Virus record (IMG/VR): IMGVR_UViG_3300049914_000047
Span: 1-40,353 of that record
Direction: 5' to 3' (one strand)
Length of the DNA stretch: 40,353 nt
From: a virus
Taxonomy: Duplodnaviria > Caudoviricetes
Both the position numbers and the translations under genes were made by a program. Each line of letters opens with the position of its first letter. Within the stretch, counting starts at the first letter, position 1. The notes below the pieces were generated by a model that was not told the origin of the DNA, did no database searches, and saw only the letters and a list, made by a program, of their open reading frames with translations. Shown here piece after piece: positions 16,909 through 27,346 of this stretch.

Positions 16909-17387
16909 TGAGTGTATCAGCAATAGAAACCGTACGGGGTCAATTCAAAACAGCCTTAGAGACTATTACAACCCCTACGTACAGAAATGATATTGTAGAG
17001 GTTAGGGAAAGTCTATTGACTGTACCGGGTGAATGCCCGACTATAACGATTCTATTCAACGGTAAAACTAAACTGATACCATTAGATACTGCCTATACAG
17101 CTTTTGAGATTACAGTACCATTTACTTTGGTATGCGATATTGAGGGAGATACAGATACAGGTACGACTTCAGATTTAATCCTATCAAAGGATTCATTACT
17201 TCATGATATAATGAGGGTTTTGATAGGCTTATGTAAATCTCAAATCTCGGAAACAGTACGATGGAATATAGTCAGAGAAGATGGGATTACTTCAACCGAT
17301 GTATTTCCGATTAAAGATTCAAAGACAAAAGGAACATTTGACGTTTCCGGTACAATTCACATAAGAGGACAAGGAACAAGTCTGTAA
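16908..17387 (+). CDS. Putative tail terminator/completion protein (module 1)
   Basis: Size, N-terminal helix (IETVRGQFKTALETI) and position. Confidence 0.5.
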   Translation: MSVSAIETVRGQFKTALETITTPTYRNDIVEVRESLLTVPGECPTITILFNGKTKLIPLDTAYTAFEITVPFTLVCDIEGDTDTGTTSDLILSKDSLLHDIMRVLIGLCKSQISETVRWNIVREDGITSTDVFPIKDSKTKGTFDVSGTIHIRGQGTSL

Positions 17388-17404
17388 TTAAATAAATAAG
17401 TAAA

Positions 17405-17477
17405 CAACAAAAGCGACCCCTATGTCGCGCTGAGAGTTCTTGGTCGCTCTCTTGGCGTGCGTAGGGGTTTTTTGTTG
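17405..17477 (+). terminator. Long hairpin/terminator before the tail tube gene
   Basis: CAACAAAAGCGACCCCTATG...GTAGGGGTTTTTTGTTG. Confidence 0.55.
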
Positions 17478-17498
17478 AAAGTAAAGGAGTAATAATAA

Positions 17499-18476
17499 AT
17501 GGCATATCCAAATGATTTTCCAACCATCGCAACTTATTCACCCGCTTATAATCGTGCGGCTGGATTTAACTCGGTCTTTATCAGACCGTCAGGGGGACTC
17601 TACCAAACATTAGGCGCAATAGCAGATGGTGAGTTAAAGTTTTCACCTTATAAAGCCACAACCTCGACAGGCAAGAATAAACAACACGCTGTAGAGTTCA
17701 CGGCTAAATGTAAAATGCTTCAAGCGGCTTTGATAGAAGTAGAATTGGTAGATCAAATCTGTACGGGTCTCAATTCTTTTCTATTTAAGATGTCGGACTT
17801 TGGGGCAATACCTGGAGCGGCCGCTGTTACAGAGGGCTGGACTTTAGTTACTGCGGCTCAAGTGGGTTGTAAGGCTAATATAGTCTTAGACGGTGACGCT
17901 GATAAGAACACATATATCGAACTTGAATGGCAGGGGTCTATGCTATTATCAGAAATGCCTGCGGCAGTCAAGGCTTCGATAGATGATGATGAATTTGAAG
18001 CGACCGGCGGTTCGGGAACTTTAAAAGCTATCGGAATTTATACATCAGCAAAAGACGGCGGTTCACCGACTACTTCTCATATTCTACCAGCTGGTATATC
18101 TACGATTACACTGGCAGAAACAGGCGGTACGGCTCAGACTGTGAACGGGATACAGAATGTTAAGTTTACCATTAATTCACTTTTCTCAACCGACTGTAAA
18201 CGAAGATTTTTACCACATGGTTTTGATATTCACCTGGAATATGAATGGCAATCAACTGACGCAGCTAATCTTTTGAATCTCTATACAATGGTTGATACTG
18301 AAGTTGATGTTCTGGTTACGATGTTGAGTGCCCAAATTTATACCATGACCAATGTTGTCGGTATAGAAACTTCTTATGAGTCTGCCGGTGATTATGATAA
18401 GGTTAGAATTGTCAGATTTATACATACTGGTAAAATCTTAAAAGCATCACTTGACGGTATAGTCTCAGGTTCGTAA
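17499..18476 (+). CDS. Putative major tail tube protein (module 1, possibly a tandem domain)
   Basis: Strong AAGGAG SD, position, beta-rich with two similar halves. Confidence 0.5.
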   Translation: MAYPNDFPTIATYSPAYNRAAGFNSVFIRPSGGLYQTLGAIADGELKFSPYKATTSTGKNKQHAVEFTAKCKMLQAALIEVELVDQICTGLNSFLFKMSDFGAIPGAAAVTEGWTLVTAAQVGCKANIVLDGDADKNTYIELEWQGSMLLSEMPAAVKASIDDDEFEATGGSGTLKAIGIYTSAKDGGSPTTSHILPAGISTITLAETGGTAQTVNGIQNVKFTINSLFSTDCKRRFLPHGFDIHLEYEWQSTDAANLLNLYTMVDTEVDVLVTMLSAQIYTMTNVVGIETSYESAGDYDKVRIVRFIHTGKILKASLDGIVSGS

Positions 18477-19309
18477 TGGCGAGCATAATATTACAGTATC
18501 AGAAACAATTTGCTTCTGTTACTAACGGGACATTTGAAGTCTCAAAAGGTAACTGGGCGGATCATGGCAGTCATGCAATAACTCGTACCACTACAGCGGC
18601 ACAGGTTAGGACAGGAATCGGTGCGAGTAAGATCATAGCAGGCGGGGCGGGTGATTATGCTACTAATAATGTCTCACTCGACGCAACCTACATGCCCGCT
18701 GTGCTTTTGGCTAATACGTACAAGATAAGGCTTTACGCTCTGGCATCTGCGGCAACTCCATCTTTAACGATAGCTTGTGCAGGCACACAGGCAGGCACAG
18801 CGACCGAGTTAAATTCTACGACTTGGACTAAGTGTGAGTTGACTTTCGCGGCTGCGGCTGCCGATGTTTCGACTCATATTATAAAGCTATGGGCTTCCGG
18901 TGCGGCAACTATTTACATAGACGATATTCAGATTATTGAGTACTCGACATTTGCAAATGCTTTAAGTGTTTACGGTGCAGACGAACCCGACGCAATAGAA
19001 ACTTATCCTAATTTAATGGAGAAAGTTTTAGATGGAAGTTATTACAGACAGCCCCCGAAAGTATTTAACAGAATGATAAGCGTTGACTTGGGCGTGGTCT
19101 CTACTAAAGCTCAAAGAGTATTCTTGGCTAATTTTGCATGGCAGGCAACATACAGTTCAATTATTTATGCAACGGAAGAAATAGAGGTTGTTATTCCAGA
19201 CCTTGCACAATTTTCAAATACAAGACTTGATGAGTGTGAATACGGACGTAGTTATTTTATAGAATTAATTGAAAAGACGGGACGTAGTACTAATCCTTCA
19301 ACTTGGTGA
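18476..19309 (+). CDS. Tail protein with a carbohydrate-binding (CBM4/9-like) insert, possibly Dit-like
   Basis: NGTFE...W, TTWTKCELTF, IYIDDIQI. Confidence 0.55.
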   Translation: MASIILQYQKQFASVTNGTFEVSKGNWADHGSHAITRTTTAAQVRTGIGASKIIAGGAGDYATNNVSLDATYMPAVLLANTYKIRLYALASAATPSLTIACAGTQAGTATELNSTTWTKCELTFAAAAADVSTHIIKLWASGAATIYIDDIQIIEYSTFANALSVYGADEPDAIETYPNLMEKVLDGSYYRQPPKVFNRMISVDLGVVSTKAQRVFLANFAWQATYSSIIYATEEIEVVIPDLAQFSNTRLDECEYGRSYFIELIEKTGRSTNPSTW

Positions 19310-19313
19310 GAAT

Positions 19314-22289
19314 ATGAAACGAATATTAATGCTGTTTTTATTTACTTCGATTACTTTTGGTCAGATTCAAAAACCTGCTTATTTATGGTATAGCACTGCA
19401 AAGGGGGATTCGATTAGTATTATCCCCTCTACTGGAAAACTTGTACAGACTTATATATTTGGATTAACCGATACAGTCGCCGCCCATCGTACCGCCTTAG
19501 ATTTAAAACTCACAGGAAGCGGAACGATAAATTATCTATCCAAATATACAGCGACAGGATTAGTGCAGGGAAATTCTCAGTTACATGAAGATGCTGATGG
19601 AAATGTGTTTGGTTCTAATCTCGATAAGAGGTTGACGGATTGGCGAAATAGTGATTATATGCTCGCTAATCATTTTGGACTTACCTATCAAGACGAAAAC
19701 TCTCAGATAGTTACATTATCTGTGAATACAATTTCTGGATTAGTTTATGCAAGAGGATATTTATTTGCTTGTTCTTACGGTTCTGGAAAAATAATTAGAT
19801 TCAATAATTTAAACGATTTAACTGATTACACGGTTGTTTCTCCGGCTGTAGGATCATTTGCGGATATCATATATGTTCCATCGGTCGGCAAGTTATATGC
19901 CTTGAGTCTGACAACCGGGATACGAGTCACAGAAATTGATCCTATTACTTTGGACAATTCTACGGTAATTAGTAACGGTCAATACACTCAGGGAGAATCT
20001 TTAACCTCTGACGGTAATTATCTCTACGTCCTCACATATAGTTGTGTCGTTTTAAAATATTCGCTATCGGATTTTAGTAGAACTGGAACTGTTCCGATTC
20101 GGGATGTTGATAATGGTCATGCTCTAAGATATGATGGAACAAGTTTATACGCTACAGGCACAACATACCCCGGTTGGATTGCCAAAGTTGACACAGCTTT
20201 ATCGGTGATATCTCAAATGAATTTTACTTCAGGAGATAATAATCCAACCGACGACTTATGTTCGGTAGGTGATTATATATTTGTAGGATTAGAAAGCTCT
20301 AATGGAGTTATTTTAAGAATAAAAAAATCCGATCTATCTATTACCCGACTTGCGACTACAATGGCTTCTTCCTGTTATGGCACTTTTTTTGATGGTAGAT
20401 ATGTTTGGGGATTATATGCTACAACTGCAAATAAATTGGTTCGCATAGACCCGACAAATCTCGAATGTGTCATATATAATTTCTTATACAATTCAAGTTT
20501 TGTGAGTCCAAATGAAATGTTTACCGATGGTCAAAGATTTTATGTAACCGGATTCACCTCACCTGCTAAGATAGCCAGATTCAGCGTACCCCACTTTGAT
20601 GGTAATAGATATTTCTTAGATACCTTGACAAATTATTATATGTCATTCGTTGGCACAAAGGTTGGGATTAAAACTTCTGCTCCTGATTCAATATTCACGG
20701 TAACAGGTGGCGCTAATATTAGCGGGGGATTAAAAGTAACTCAAAACGCTACAATAGGCGGGACTTTAGGTGTAACAGGCACGACAACACTTGCTACAGC
20801 ATTGACAGGAACAATAAGGGCTGCAAGCGGGGTACTAAGTGCAACAGCAAGTGATACGGTAGGACTTGGCGCGGCACTTGGACTAAAGGCTAATCTTGCC
20901 ACACCAATTTTCACGGGAAAGATAACAACAGATTCTATCACTTCTAATGGTTCAGGATATTTTGGCGGGGTAATTACTAATACTGCAAGAGTAGGGATCA
21001 AGAATGGACTTTTAGCAAACGTAGTCGAAAAATATAATTCTCGCGGTCTATTAATTTCTTCCGAAGATAGCGTCGGCACGCCTACTTACAAAGGTTTAGG
21101 TGCTGGTACAGTTCGTTCTTCTTCGGCTGGACTTTTTTCTTCAACTGTTTCAGACACGGTAGGACTCGGTGTCGCATTATATAATAAACTTTCTGGGAGT
21201 GGAACGGCGAATACTATTTCCAAATACACCGCAGGATTGACATTGGGCAATAGTTTGATAACTGACGATGGAACTAATGTTGGCGTTGGTTTCGTTTCTG
21301 GAAGAACGTTAGGTATTTATGCAGCATCAAATACAACCTTTCAAGTAACAAATTCTGCATCAGGAACGGCTTCAACGGATGGATTTACAATTCAACAATC
21401 AGGTGCTAATACGTATTTGGATAACAGGGAAGATGGGGCACTCGCATTTCAAACAAATAATACACAATGGTTGACTCTTTCTTCGACCGGAACACTTGGA
21501 CTTGGAATGGGAGCATCTGCAACAAGTAGATTTGCTATCCAGAATGGACTTCTCGCCAATGTCGTAGAATGGTATAATTCACGCGGATTGCCTTTGGGAG
21601 TTTTAGACAGTATATCAAACTTAGGATTAGGTTCTACGATACCTCTGCATAGAGTGGTAGGCGTTGAATCTTATACAACAAATCTTAACGCTTTTAATTT
21701 TGTCGATAGCGACGTGAATTTAAGCAGACTCACAGTAGCGCAAGCAACAGATACCTCTTCGGTTAATTTAGCATTTTCTGGGGCAGGTTCACCTATTTTT
21801 AAAATCATAGGGAAAACGGGGAATAAGATTCTTGTTGCAGATAGTGCAGGCATTAAAGGCGATGCTTTAGAAATTCCTCACTTGACTAAAAAAGCAGCAT
21901 CGGCAAATATAAGAAATTCTCATGATGCTGAGGCATCATGCGCCCTTGGTGGATATACAAAAGTTAAAACAATCGTAATCACAAATGGACTTGTTGGACA
22001 AGTAAGGGTTTTATTCGATTTGAAAATAGCAGTTACTACAGGCTCTCCAACCGCGTATGGTAGGGTTTATAAAAATGGTGTAGCGCTTGGAACGGAACAA
22101 ACAAATGCGACAACTGACTATGTAACCAAATCCGAGGATATAACTCAGACATGGAATCCGGGCGATCTGTGCCAATTATATCTGCATTACGGCGGGGCTG
22201 GCACTGGAACTGCATGGTGTCAAAATTTCAGGCTTGCATACGACGATTCTCCGACGGTTACAGTCAGTTCAAGCAACACAACACCGTAA
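19314..22289 (+). CDS. Large tail fibre/adhesin with a beta-propeller-like region and N-terminal signal peptide
   Basis: ATG at 19314; DG.Y.Y propeller-type repeats; VGI-type fibre repeats. Confidence 0.7.
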   Translation: MKRILMLFLFTSITFGQIQKPAYLWYSTAKGDSISIIPSTGKLVQTYIFGLTDTVAAHRTALDLKLTGSGTINYLSKYTATGLVQGNSQLHEDADGNVFGSNLDKRLTDWRNSDYMLANHFGLTYQDENSQIVTLSVNTISGLVYARGYLFACSYGSGKIIRFNNLNDLTDYTVVSPAVGSFADIIYVPSVGKLYALSLTTGIRVTEIDPITLDNSTVISNGQYTQGESLTSDGNYLYVLTYSCVVLKYSLSDFSRTGTVPIRDVDNGHALRYDGTSLYATGTTYPGWIAKVDTALSVISQMNFTSGDNNPTDDLCSVGDYIFVGLESSNGVILRIKKSDLSITRLATTMASSCYGTFFDGRYVWGLYATTANKLVRIDPTNLECVIYNFLYNSSFVSPNEMFTDGQRFYVTGFTSPAKIARFSVPHFDGNRYFLDTLTNYYMSFVGTKVGIKTSAPDSIFTVTGGANISGGLKVTQNATIGGTLGVTGTTTLATALTGTIRAASGVLSATASDTVGLGAALGLKANLATPIFTGKITTDSITSNGSGYFGGVITNTARVGIKNGLLANVVEKYNSRGLLISSEDSVGTPTYKGLGAGTVRSSSAGLFSSTVSDTVGLGVALYNKLSGSGTANTISKYTAGLTLGNSLITDDGTNVGVGFVSGRTLGIYAASNTTFQVTNSASGTASTDGFTIQQSGANTYLDNREDGALAFQTNNTQWLTLSSTGTLGLGMGASATSRFAIQNGLLANVVEWYNSRGLPLGVLDSISNLGLGSTIPLHRVVGVESYTTNLNAFNFVDSDVNLSRLTVAQATDTSSVNLAFSGAGSPIFKIIGKTGNKILVADSAGIKGDALEIPHLTKKAASANIRNSHDAEASCALGGYTKVKTIVITNGLVGQVRVLFDLKIAVTTGSPTAYGRVYKNGVALGTEQTNATTDYVTKSEDITQTWNPGDLCQLYLHYGGAGTGTAWCQNFRLAYDDSPTVTVSSSNTTP

Positions 22290-22298
22290 GGAATTATT

Positions 22299-23279
22299 AT
22301 GAAAAAGTTTTTAATCATAGTTTTATTGATGTCAACAATATGTTCGGTTAGTTACAGTCAAACCGAATCCTGTGTGGCAAGAATAATCATAGTAGAAGTT
22401 GGTACAACACTGCCTACTTCTAGCGTTGTTGACGATGGAGTTATTTGTTATATAAAAGCCAACGATCAATACTATATAAATAAAAAAGGTGCGGGTTGGA
22501 GTCCGATGAATCCGACGGGCGGCACTGGTTTGGTAGATACTGCTAATGTAGTCTTATCAAAACAAAATGCAGATGCGAACTATACCAAATTAATTGATTT
22601 AAGATTAGATAATTCAAGACCGGCTTCCGATGTTTATACGTGGGCAAAGGCAAGTACAAAGCCGACATACACATATTCAGAGGTGGGAGCTGCGGCTACA
22701 TCACATACTCAGACAATTTCTACGGTAACGGGTTCGCAGGATTCACTTAACAATAAATTAAATCGTGGGGAGGCTACAACACTTTTAGCAACAAAACAGG
22801 TAACACTTGTAAGCGGTACAAATATAAAAACAGTCAATAGTAATTCATTGCTCGGTAGTGGAGACATTGTAATTTCAGGTAGTGCGGCATGGGGAAGTGT
22901 TACCGGAACGTTGTCTAATCAAACAGATTTGAATAGTGCCTTGAATGGCAAACAAGCTACTCTCACACGAAATACCGGACTTATCGTTTATACTGCTTTA
23001 GCCAATGGTACAACTGCGATGGCATTCGGGACTAATTCTACAGTAAAGGTAACACCTACAGCAACTGCAACTTACACGACGACAGTCCCTGCAGCTGGAT
23101 GCGAAGCATTCTTAATTATTCTAACAAGTGGCACAACTTCGTACACGATAACATTTGGCACAGGATTTAAAACTACCGGAACTCTGGCAACAGGAACAGT
23201 GACAGCAAAAGTATTTGTGTTAGAGTTTATTTCAGACGGTACAACACTGAATCAAGTTTCACGAACGACAGCGATGTAA
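22299..23279 (+). CDS. Tail fibre-like protein with signal peptide
   Basis: KPTYTYSEVGA, KQVTLVSGTNIKTVN..SLLGSGDI and WGSVTGTLSNQTDL fibre motifs. Confidence 0.75.
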   Translation: MKKFLIIVLLMSTICSVSYSQTESCVARIIIVEVGTTLPTSSVVDDGVICYIKANDQYYINKKGAGWSPMNPTGGTGLVDTANVVLSKQNADANYTKLIDLRLDNSRPASDVYTWAKASTKPTYTYSEVGAAATSHTQTISTVTGSQDSLNNKLNRGEATTLLATKQVTLVSGTNIKTVNSNSLLGSGDIVISGSAAWGSVTGTLSNQTDLNSALNGKQATLTRNTGLIVYTALANGTTAMAFGTNSTVKVTPTATATYTTTVPAAGCEAFLIILTSGTTSYTITFGTGFKTTGTLATGTVTAKVFVLEFISDGTTLNQVSRTTAM

Positions 23280-23280
23280 A

Positions 23281-24462
23281 ATGACGACCGAGATTATAAA
23301 TCTATACGGAACATCGACAAGCGCAACTGAAATCGAGTTGGTTAAGATAGATAGTTCGCGCCTTGTATTGTCGGACGACATAGTATGTTATTTCGAACTG
23401 AGGGCACTGGCTATCCGGACCGATTCAGGAAGCGAAGCCGAACAGCATATAATTAACGGTGTTGCCAAAAGAAATACAGGCGCCGCTTCCGTTGCAATGG
23501 TAGCAACTCCGCGGGCTGAGACTCCATTTCCTGAAGATCCATCCTGGTCAATGGATGCGAGACCGGATATTGTAAACGGCGCAGTAGGATTCTATTTCAC
23601 AGGCGAAGCAGGAAAGACGATAAGCGTCCGGGCAACTCTCTCGGTTATGATTTTAGCAAAAAATGAAACCACACCCGTTCCCCCGTCGAATACTCACAGT
23701 TATCAAAGCTATTTGGATGAGCTGGCGTCTCTGATTAAAGACGAGGTTGCAAAACTCAGCACAACAGATCTGGATTATATTCTTGCAAAATCGATCGCAG
23801 ACTGGGGGAAGGACCAGCCATTACGGGTAAGGAAGCAAGTAACTGGGACCGGAACGAATAAATATGTATTGAATACAATCCTTGCCGGCCTTTGGAAATA
23901 CGGATACTCGAGGCTTTTCAAGATAGAATTCCCACAAGGAAACGATCCGTCGTCGTTTCTCGAAGATGATTCGTGGGATTATTACGATGACGGATCCGCG
24001 CAGGATGGAAGCAATCTGCAGCTCTACTTTATCGACGATCAACCATCGACACTCGACAAGTTTGTAATTGAATTCAATATCGAACCGAACTTGCCTAAAG
24101 TAGGAACTCAGAATTTCCCCGATACCAATTTGAATTTTTCGGCGATAACAACGCTTGCAGCTTCTTATGCGTGCGACCGGCTTGCAACAGCATACGCTCA
24201 ATCCACAGATGGAACGATCACTGCCGATGTGATCAATTATCATGACAAGTCTGCCAAATATACAACACTTGCGAAAGAGTACCGGAAGCGATACCGGATT
24301 CTTTTATTTGGCAGCGAAGATACAAAGGTAGACGTGAAAGCCGCTATTTCTCAAAAAGAATTGACACCGCGCACCAATACAGACAATATGTCCGCGATGA
24401 CGGGCGGAGTTATTTCATCTAGCTATTTGTTTCATCGAGTCCGAAGAGGTGGAAGATCATAA
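23281..24462 (+). CDS. Putative head-tail adaptor with an N-terminal extra domain (module 2)
   Basis: Position before a gp10-like gene; helical C-terminus (AITTLAASYAC..LA..YAQ). Confidence 0.45.
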   Translation: MTTEIINLYGTSTSATEIELVKIDSSRLVLSDDIVCYFELRALAIRTDSGSEAEQHIINGVAKRNTGAASVAMVATPRAETPFPEDPSWSMDARPDIVNGAVGFYFTGEAGKTISVRATLSVMILAKNETTPVPPSNTHSYQSYLDELASLIKDEVAKLSTTDLDYILAKSIADWGKDQPLRVRKQVTGTGTNKYVLNTILAGLWKYGYSRLFKIEFPQGNDPSSFLEDDSWDYYDDGSAQDGSNLQLYFIDDQPSTLDKFVIEFNIEPNLPKVGTQNFPDTNLNFSAITTLAASYACDRLATAYAQSTDGTITADVINYHDKSAKYTTLAKEYRKRYRILLFGSEDTKVDVKAAISQKELTPRTNTDNMSAMTGGVISSSYLFHRVRRGGRS

Positions 24463-24506
24463 AGAACACAATAAATCTTAACGCCGACTGGATAAAAGCA
24501 AAAGAA

Positions 24507-25058
24507 GTGATACAAGAGCACTTAATGGCTCTTGCTGCACACCTATCCGGATTGATGGGATCTTATGCGCCCGGGTCCATCTTAAAGGGTTCGTTTGGAT
24601 CCAGTGTTGAGGAAGTCGAAGGCGGAACATTAGTCCAGGTCGGAACGCCTTTGGAATATGGAGATTATGTAGAGCATGGTACACTCCCTCACTTTCCGCC
24701 TATTAAACCGATATTCCAGTGGGTAGAGAAAACATTGAATGTTACATCTGTAGGAATTACATACAAAGAAGGGAAGACAGTTCCAACTGGCAGAGGGACG
24801 AGGCAATTCTCAAAGAGTAAATTTAAAAGCGGTCGCGATCGCAATATGGCGGTATATCAAATAGCACACGCGATCCAATGGAAGATCGCTCATTATGGAA
24901 CACCAGGTCAATTCTTTATGCGCAGGGCATTGACGGAAATGGGATTGCCATTTACAGTTGTACGCGGTACAGTCGAAAGCACTTATGAGATCGATGTTGC
25001 AGCATACCTACAGCCAAGAATTGAAATGATCATGAAACAATCCGGAATGGCGAATTGA
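24507..25058 (+). CDS. HK97 gp10-like neck protein (true start may be about 24459)
   Basis: G.LKGS, VGTPLEYGDYVEHGT.PHFPP, GTPGQFFMRRA. Confidence 0.8.
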   Translation: MIQEHLMALAAHLSGLMGSYAPGSILKGSFGSSVEEVEGGTLVQVGTPLEYGDYVEHGTLPHFPPIKPIFQWVEKTLNVTSVGITYKEGKTVPTGRGTRQFSKSKFKSGRDRNMAVYQIAHAIQWKIAHYGTPGQFFMRRALTEMGLPFTVVRGTVESTYEIDVAAYLQPRIEMIMKQSGMAN

Positions 25059-25059
25059 T

Positions 25060-25572
25060 ATGGGTTATTACACAGCACAAAGAGCAGCTATAAAGACTTT
25101 ACTTGAGACTGTTTCAGGTATTGGCAACGTATTTGATTCTCAGAAAGATGTAACCAATGAAGCGAATTTTAAAACAAGCTTTGTGAAAAATGGAGTCGTA
25201 AATGTTTGCTGGTTTATCAGAGGCAATGGAATAGACGATGAGGTCGGTTCTTTAAAGTATGGATCTAGAGATGAGCGGAATATCATAACTCATACGCAGA
25301 CGGATGACAGTTGGACCATAACCTTGATGTATGGTTACAAAGATGATATTACAACTCCGAGTGAATACCCATTCCAGCTTCTTGTCGATACTATTCAAGA
25401 CAAGTTCCGGTTCATCCAGGATCTAGGCGGCGAACAGTATGAAATAAGCCATCCTCTGCAGAGGACTATATGCGGGATCTTCGCATTCTTAAGCGGGACC
25501 GTATTATGCCACAAAGCAGAATGGCGATTGAACGTTACTGAAAGAGTTGTCGATACTGGCGCAGAATATTAA
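25060..25572 (+). CDS. Putative tail terminator (module 2)
   Basis: RAAIKTLLETVSGIGNV ... VLCHKAE pattern and position. Confidence 0.6.
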   Translation: MGYYTAQRAAIKTLLETVSGIGNVFDSQKDVTNEANFKTSFVKNGVVNVCWFIRGNGIDDEVGSLKYGSRDERNIITHTQTDDSWTITLMYGYKDDITTPSEYPFQLLVDTIQDKFRFIQDLGGEQYEISHPLQRTICGIFAFLSGTVLCHKAEWRLNVTERVVDTGAEY

Positions 25573-25605
25573 ACAATCATTTAAAAAAATTGAAAGGATA
25601 CTACA

Positions 25606-26157
25606 ATGAGTTTAGAACGCGTAAGGACTCGTGAGAATGCAAAAGGCGGCGGACTTTTAAAAGCACGTCAAATATTTCCTACACCGTCGGATACATTTCT
25701 TGATTGGGGCTGGCTCGGTGGGACCACTCTCGATGACAAGCGGGATATCGTTGAATCAAAGGATGAGGTCGGAGATCTCGTAATAGTTCTTGAATCCGGA
25801 AGAATGGCTACACTTGCAACTTTATTGCAGCAAACTTCTCAGGATGAAATAGATCTCGTCAATAATGCGAACGGTAAATTTTATGATCTTTGGTATACGG
25901 CATTACTTGCCAATGGCGATACCCAAAGCCTGAGCGCCGGCGTATGTCAAATAAAACCGGGCGCGAAGCTTGATTATAAACCAGGCCAAAGAGTTATCGA
26001 AGTTACGTTGTATATGCTTGCACCTAAAGCGGCATTCACGCGCACGCCATCAACACTGAATATTGTTTCGAGGGTTCCGTATGTGATGGTTACGGCAACA
26101 ACACCAACGGCAATTCCAACGGATACAGCAAGCAGCTTATGGACGGCCTGCGGTTAA
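25606..26157 (+). CDS. Putative major tail tube protein (module 2)
   Basis: Lies between the terminator and chaperone genes; DWGWLGGTTL motif. Confidence 0.6.
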   Translation: MSLERVRTRENAKGGGLLKARQIFPTPSDTFLDWGWLGGTTLDDKRDIVESKDEVGDLVIVLESGRMATLATLLQQTSQDEIDLVNNANGKFYDLWYTALLANGDTQSLSAGVCQIKPGAKLDYKPGQRVIEVTLYMLAPKAAFTRTPSTLNIVSRVPYVMVTATTPTAIPTDTASSLWTACG

Positions 26158-26172
26158 AAGAAAGGAAATAAT

Positions 26173-27333
26173 ATGAGTTTGCAACGTGATAGAACCCGTG
26201 AGGGTGCTGTCGGTCTTGGAATGCTTACGGTCAGAGAAGTATATCCAACACCGGGCGCATCATATCAAGATATGGGATGGCTTGATATCGAAGGAACTTC
26301 AATCGATCCACAGAGACAGATCCTCGAGCATAAAGATGAGGCCGGCGATTTGGATAACATAAGCGAAACCGAAAGCGCGCATAAGTTCGGAACATTCCTT
26401 GCACAGGTAGGGCAAGATGAAATTGATTTCATTCTCAACGCGAGCGGCAAAGATCACTCGCTTCGATATTATGGAATGATGAACCCCTGGCGCCATCAGT
26501 ACATCTGTGCGGAGCTGGCAAAGATTGTTCCTTCAATTCCGCGAACATGGAAAGTGGGAAAACAAAACTTGCCTATGACCGCTTACTTTTTAAAACAAAG
26601 TAATCTCGCTTATGCAGTTCCTGAATATTATCTAATTGAAACTCTCGGCAGAATGTATCTTGACAATTTGGTTTTCTGGATATCGTCTCGTCGGAAATGG
26701 AATGATGCGACTGCAAAAATACTGGATGCTTCAGGCTTTGCATATCATGGCGATCTGAACTCTGATTATGCTACTATCTGGCAGACTGCAACGCAGCCAG
26801 AGCGCTTCTTACGATTCGACGGTTCTAATGATTATGCGAGTTTCGGCGATGTCTGTGATATCGGAACGAATTATGCAGCCATTGAATTTTGGGTAAGGAT
26901 AAAAGGCGCAGATGGAACACTGCAGGAAATTCTTACGAAAAAAGCAAGTAACGCATACAGCGATCCGGGCTTTTGGATTGAAAGAATAGTAGCCAATAAT
27001 GCTCTTAAAGTTTATCTCAGTGACGGTTCGAATCAGGATGTAATTACATCCAATGCTGCTATTACTCAAAATGTTTGGAATCATATTTTAATAAATATTG
27101 TAGATGGGCCCGACGTTTTGCTTTATGTTAATGGAACACTAGATAATAGTGTTTCACATAATACAGTATCATTATCAAATGCTGTCTCATTATATCTGGC
27201 AAGAGGCGGATCTGGATATGGTCAAGTTGATATCGGCGATGTGAGAATACATTTAAAAGCCACTTCACTTGACAATATTGCAATGGCACTCGGTCATTAC
27301 AACGCGGAGAAGTCTTATTATCCGAATTCATAA
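26173..27333 (+). CDS. Tail tube paralog with a C-terminal LamG/concanavalin-like domain
   Basis: N-terminus aligns with 25606..26157; FDGSNDY, IEFWVR, WNHI, LYVNG, IGDVRI. Confidence 0.75.
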   Translation: MSLQRDRTREGAVGLGMLTVREVYPTPGASYQDMGWLDIEGTSIDPQRQILEHKDEAGDLDNISETESAHKFGTFLAQVGQDEIDFILNASGKDHSLRYYGMMNPWRHQYICAELAKIVPSIPRTWKVGKQNLPMTAYFLKQSNLAYAVPEYYLIETLGRMYLDNLVFWISSRRKWNDATAKILDASGFAYHGDLNSDYATIWQTATQPERFLRFDGSNDYASFGDVCDIGTNYAAIEFWVRIKGADGTLQEILTKKASNAYSDPGFWIERIVANNALKVYLSDGSNQDVITSNAAITQNVWNHILINIVDGPDVLLYVNGTLDNSVSHNTVSLSNAVSLYLARGGSGYGQVDIGDVRIHLKATSLDNIAMALGHYNAEKSYYPNS

Positions 27334-27346
27334 AGGAGAATTAAAC

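Noticed and set aside
19314-23279. Diversity-generating retroelement acting on the fibres
   Set aside because: No reverse transcriptase is present, and no TR/VR pair with adenine-specific mismatches was seen.
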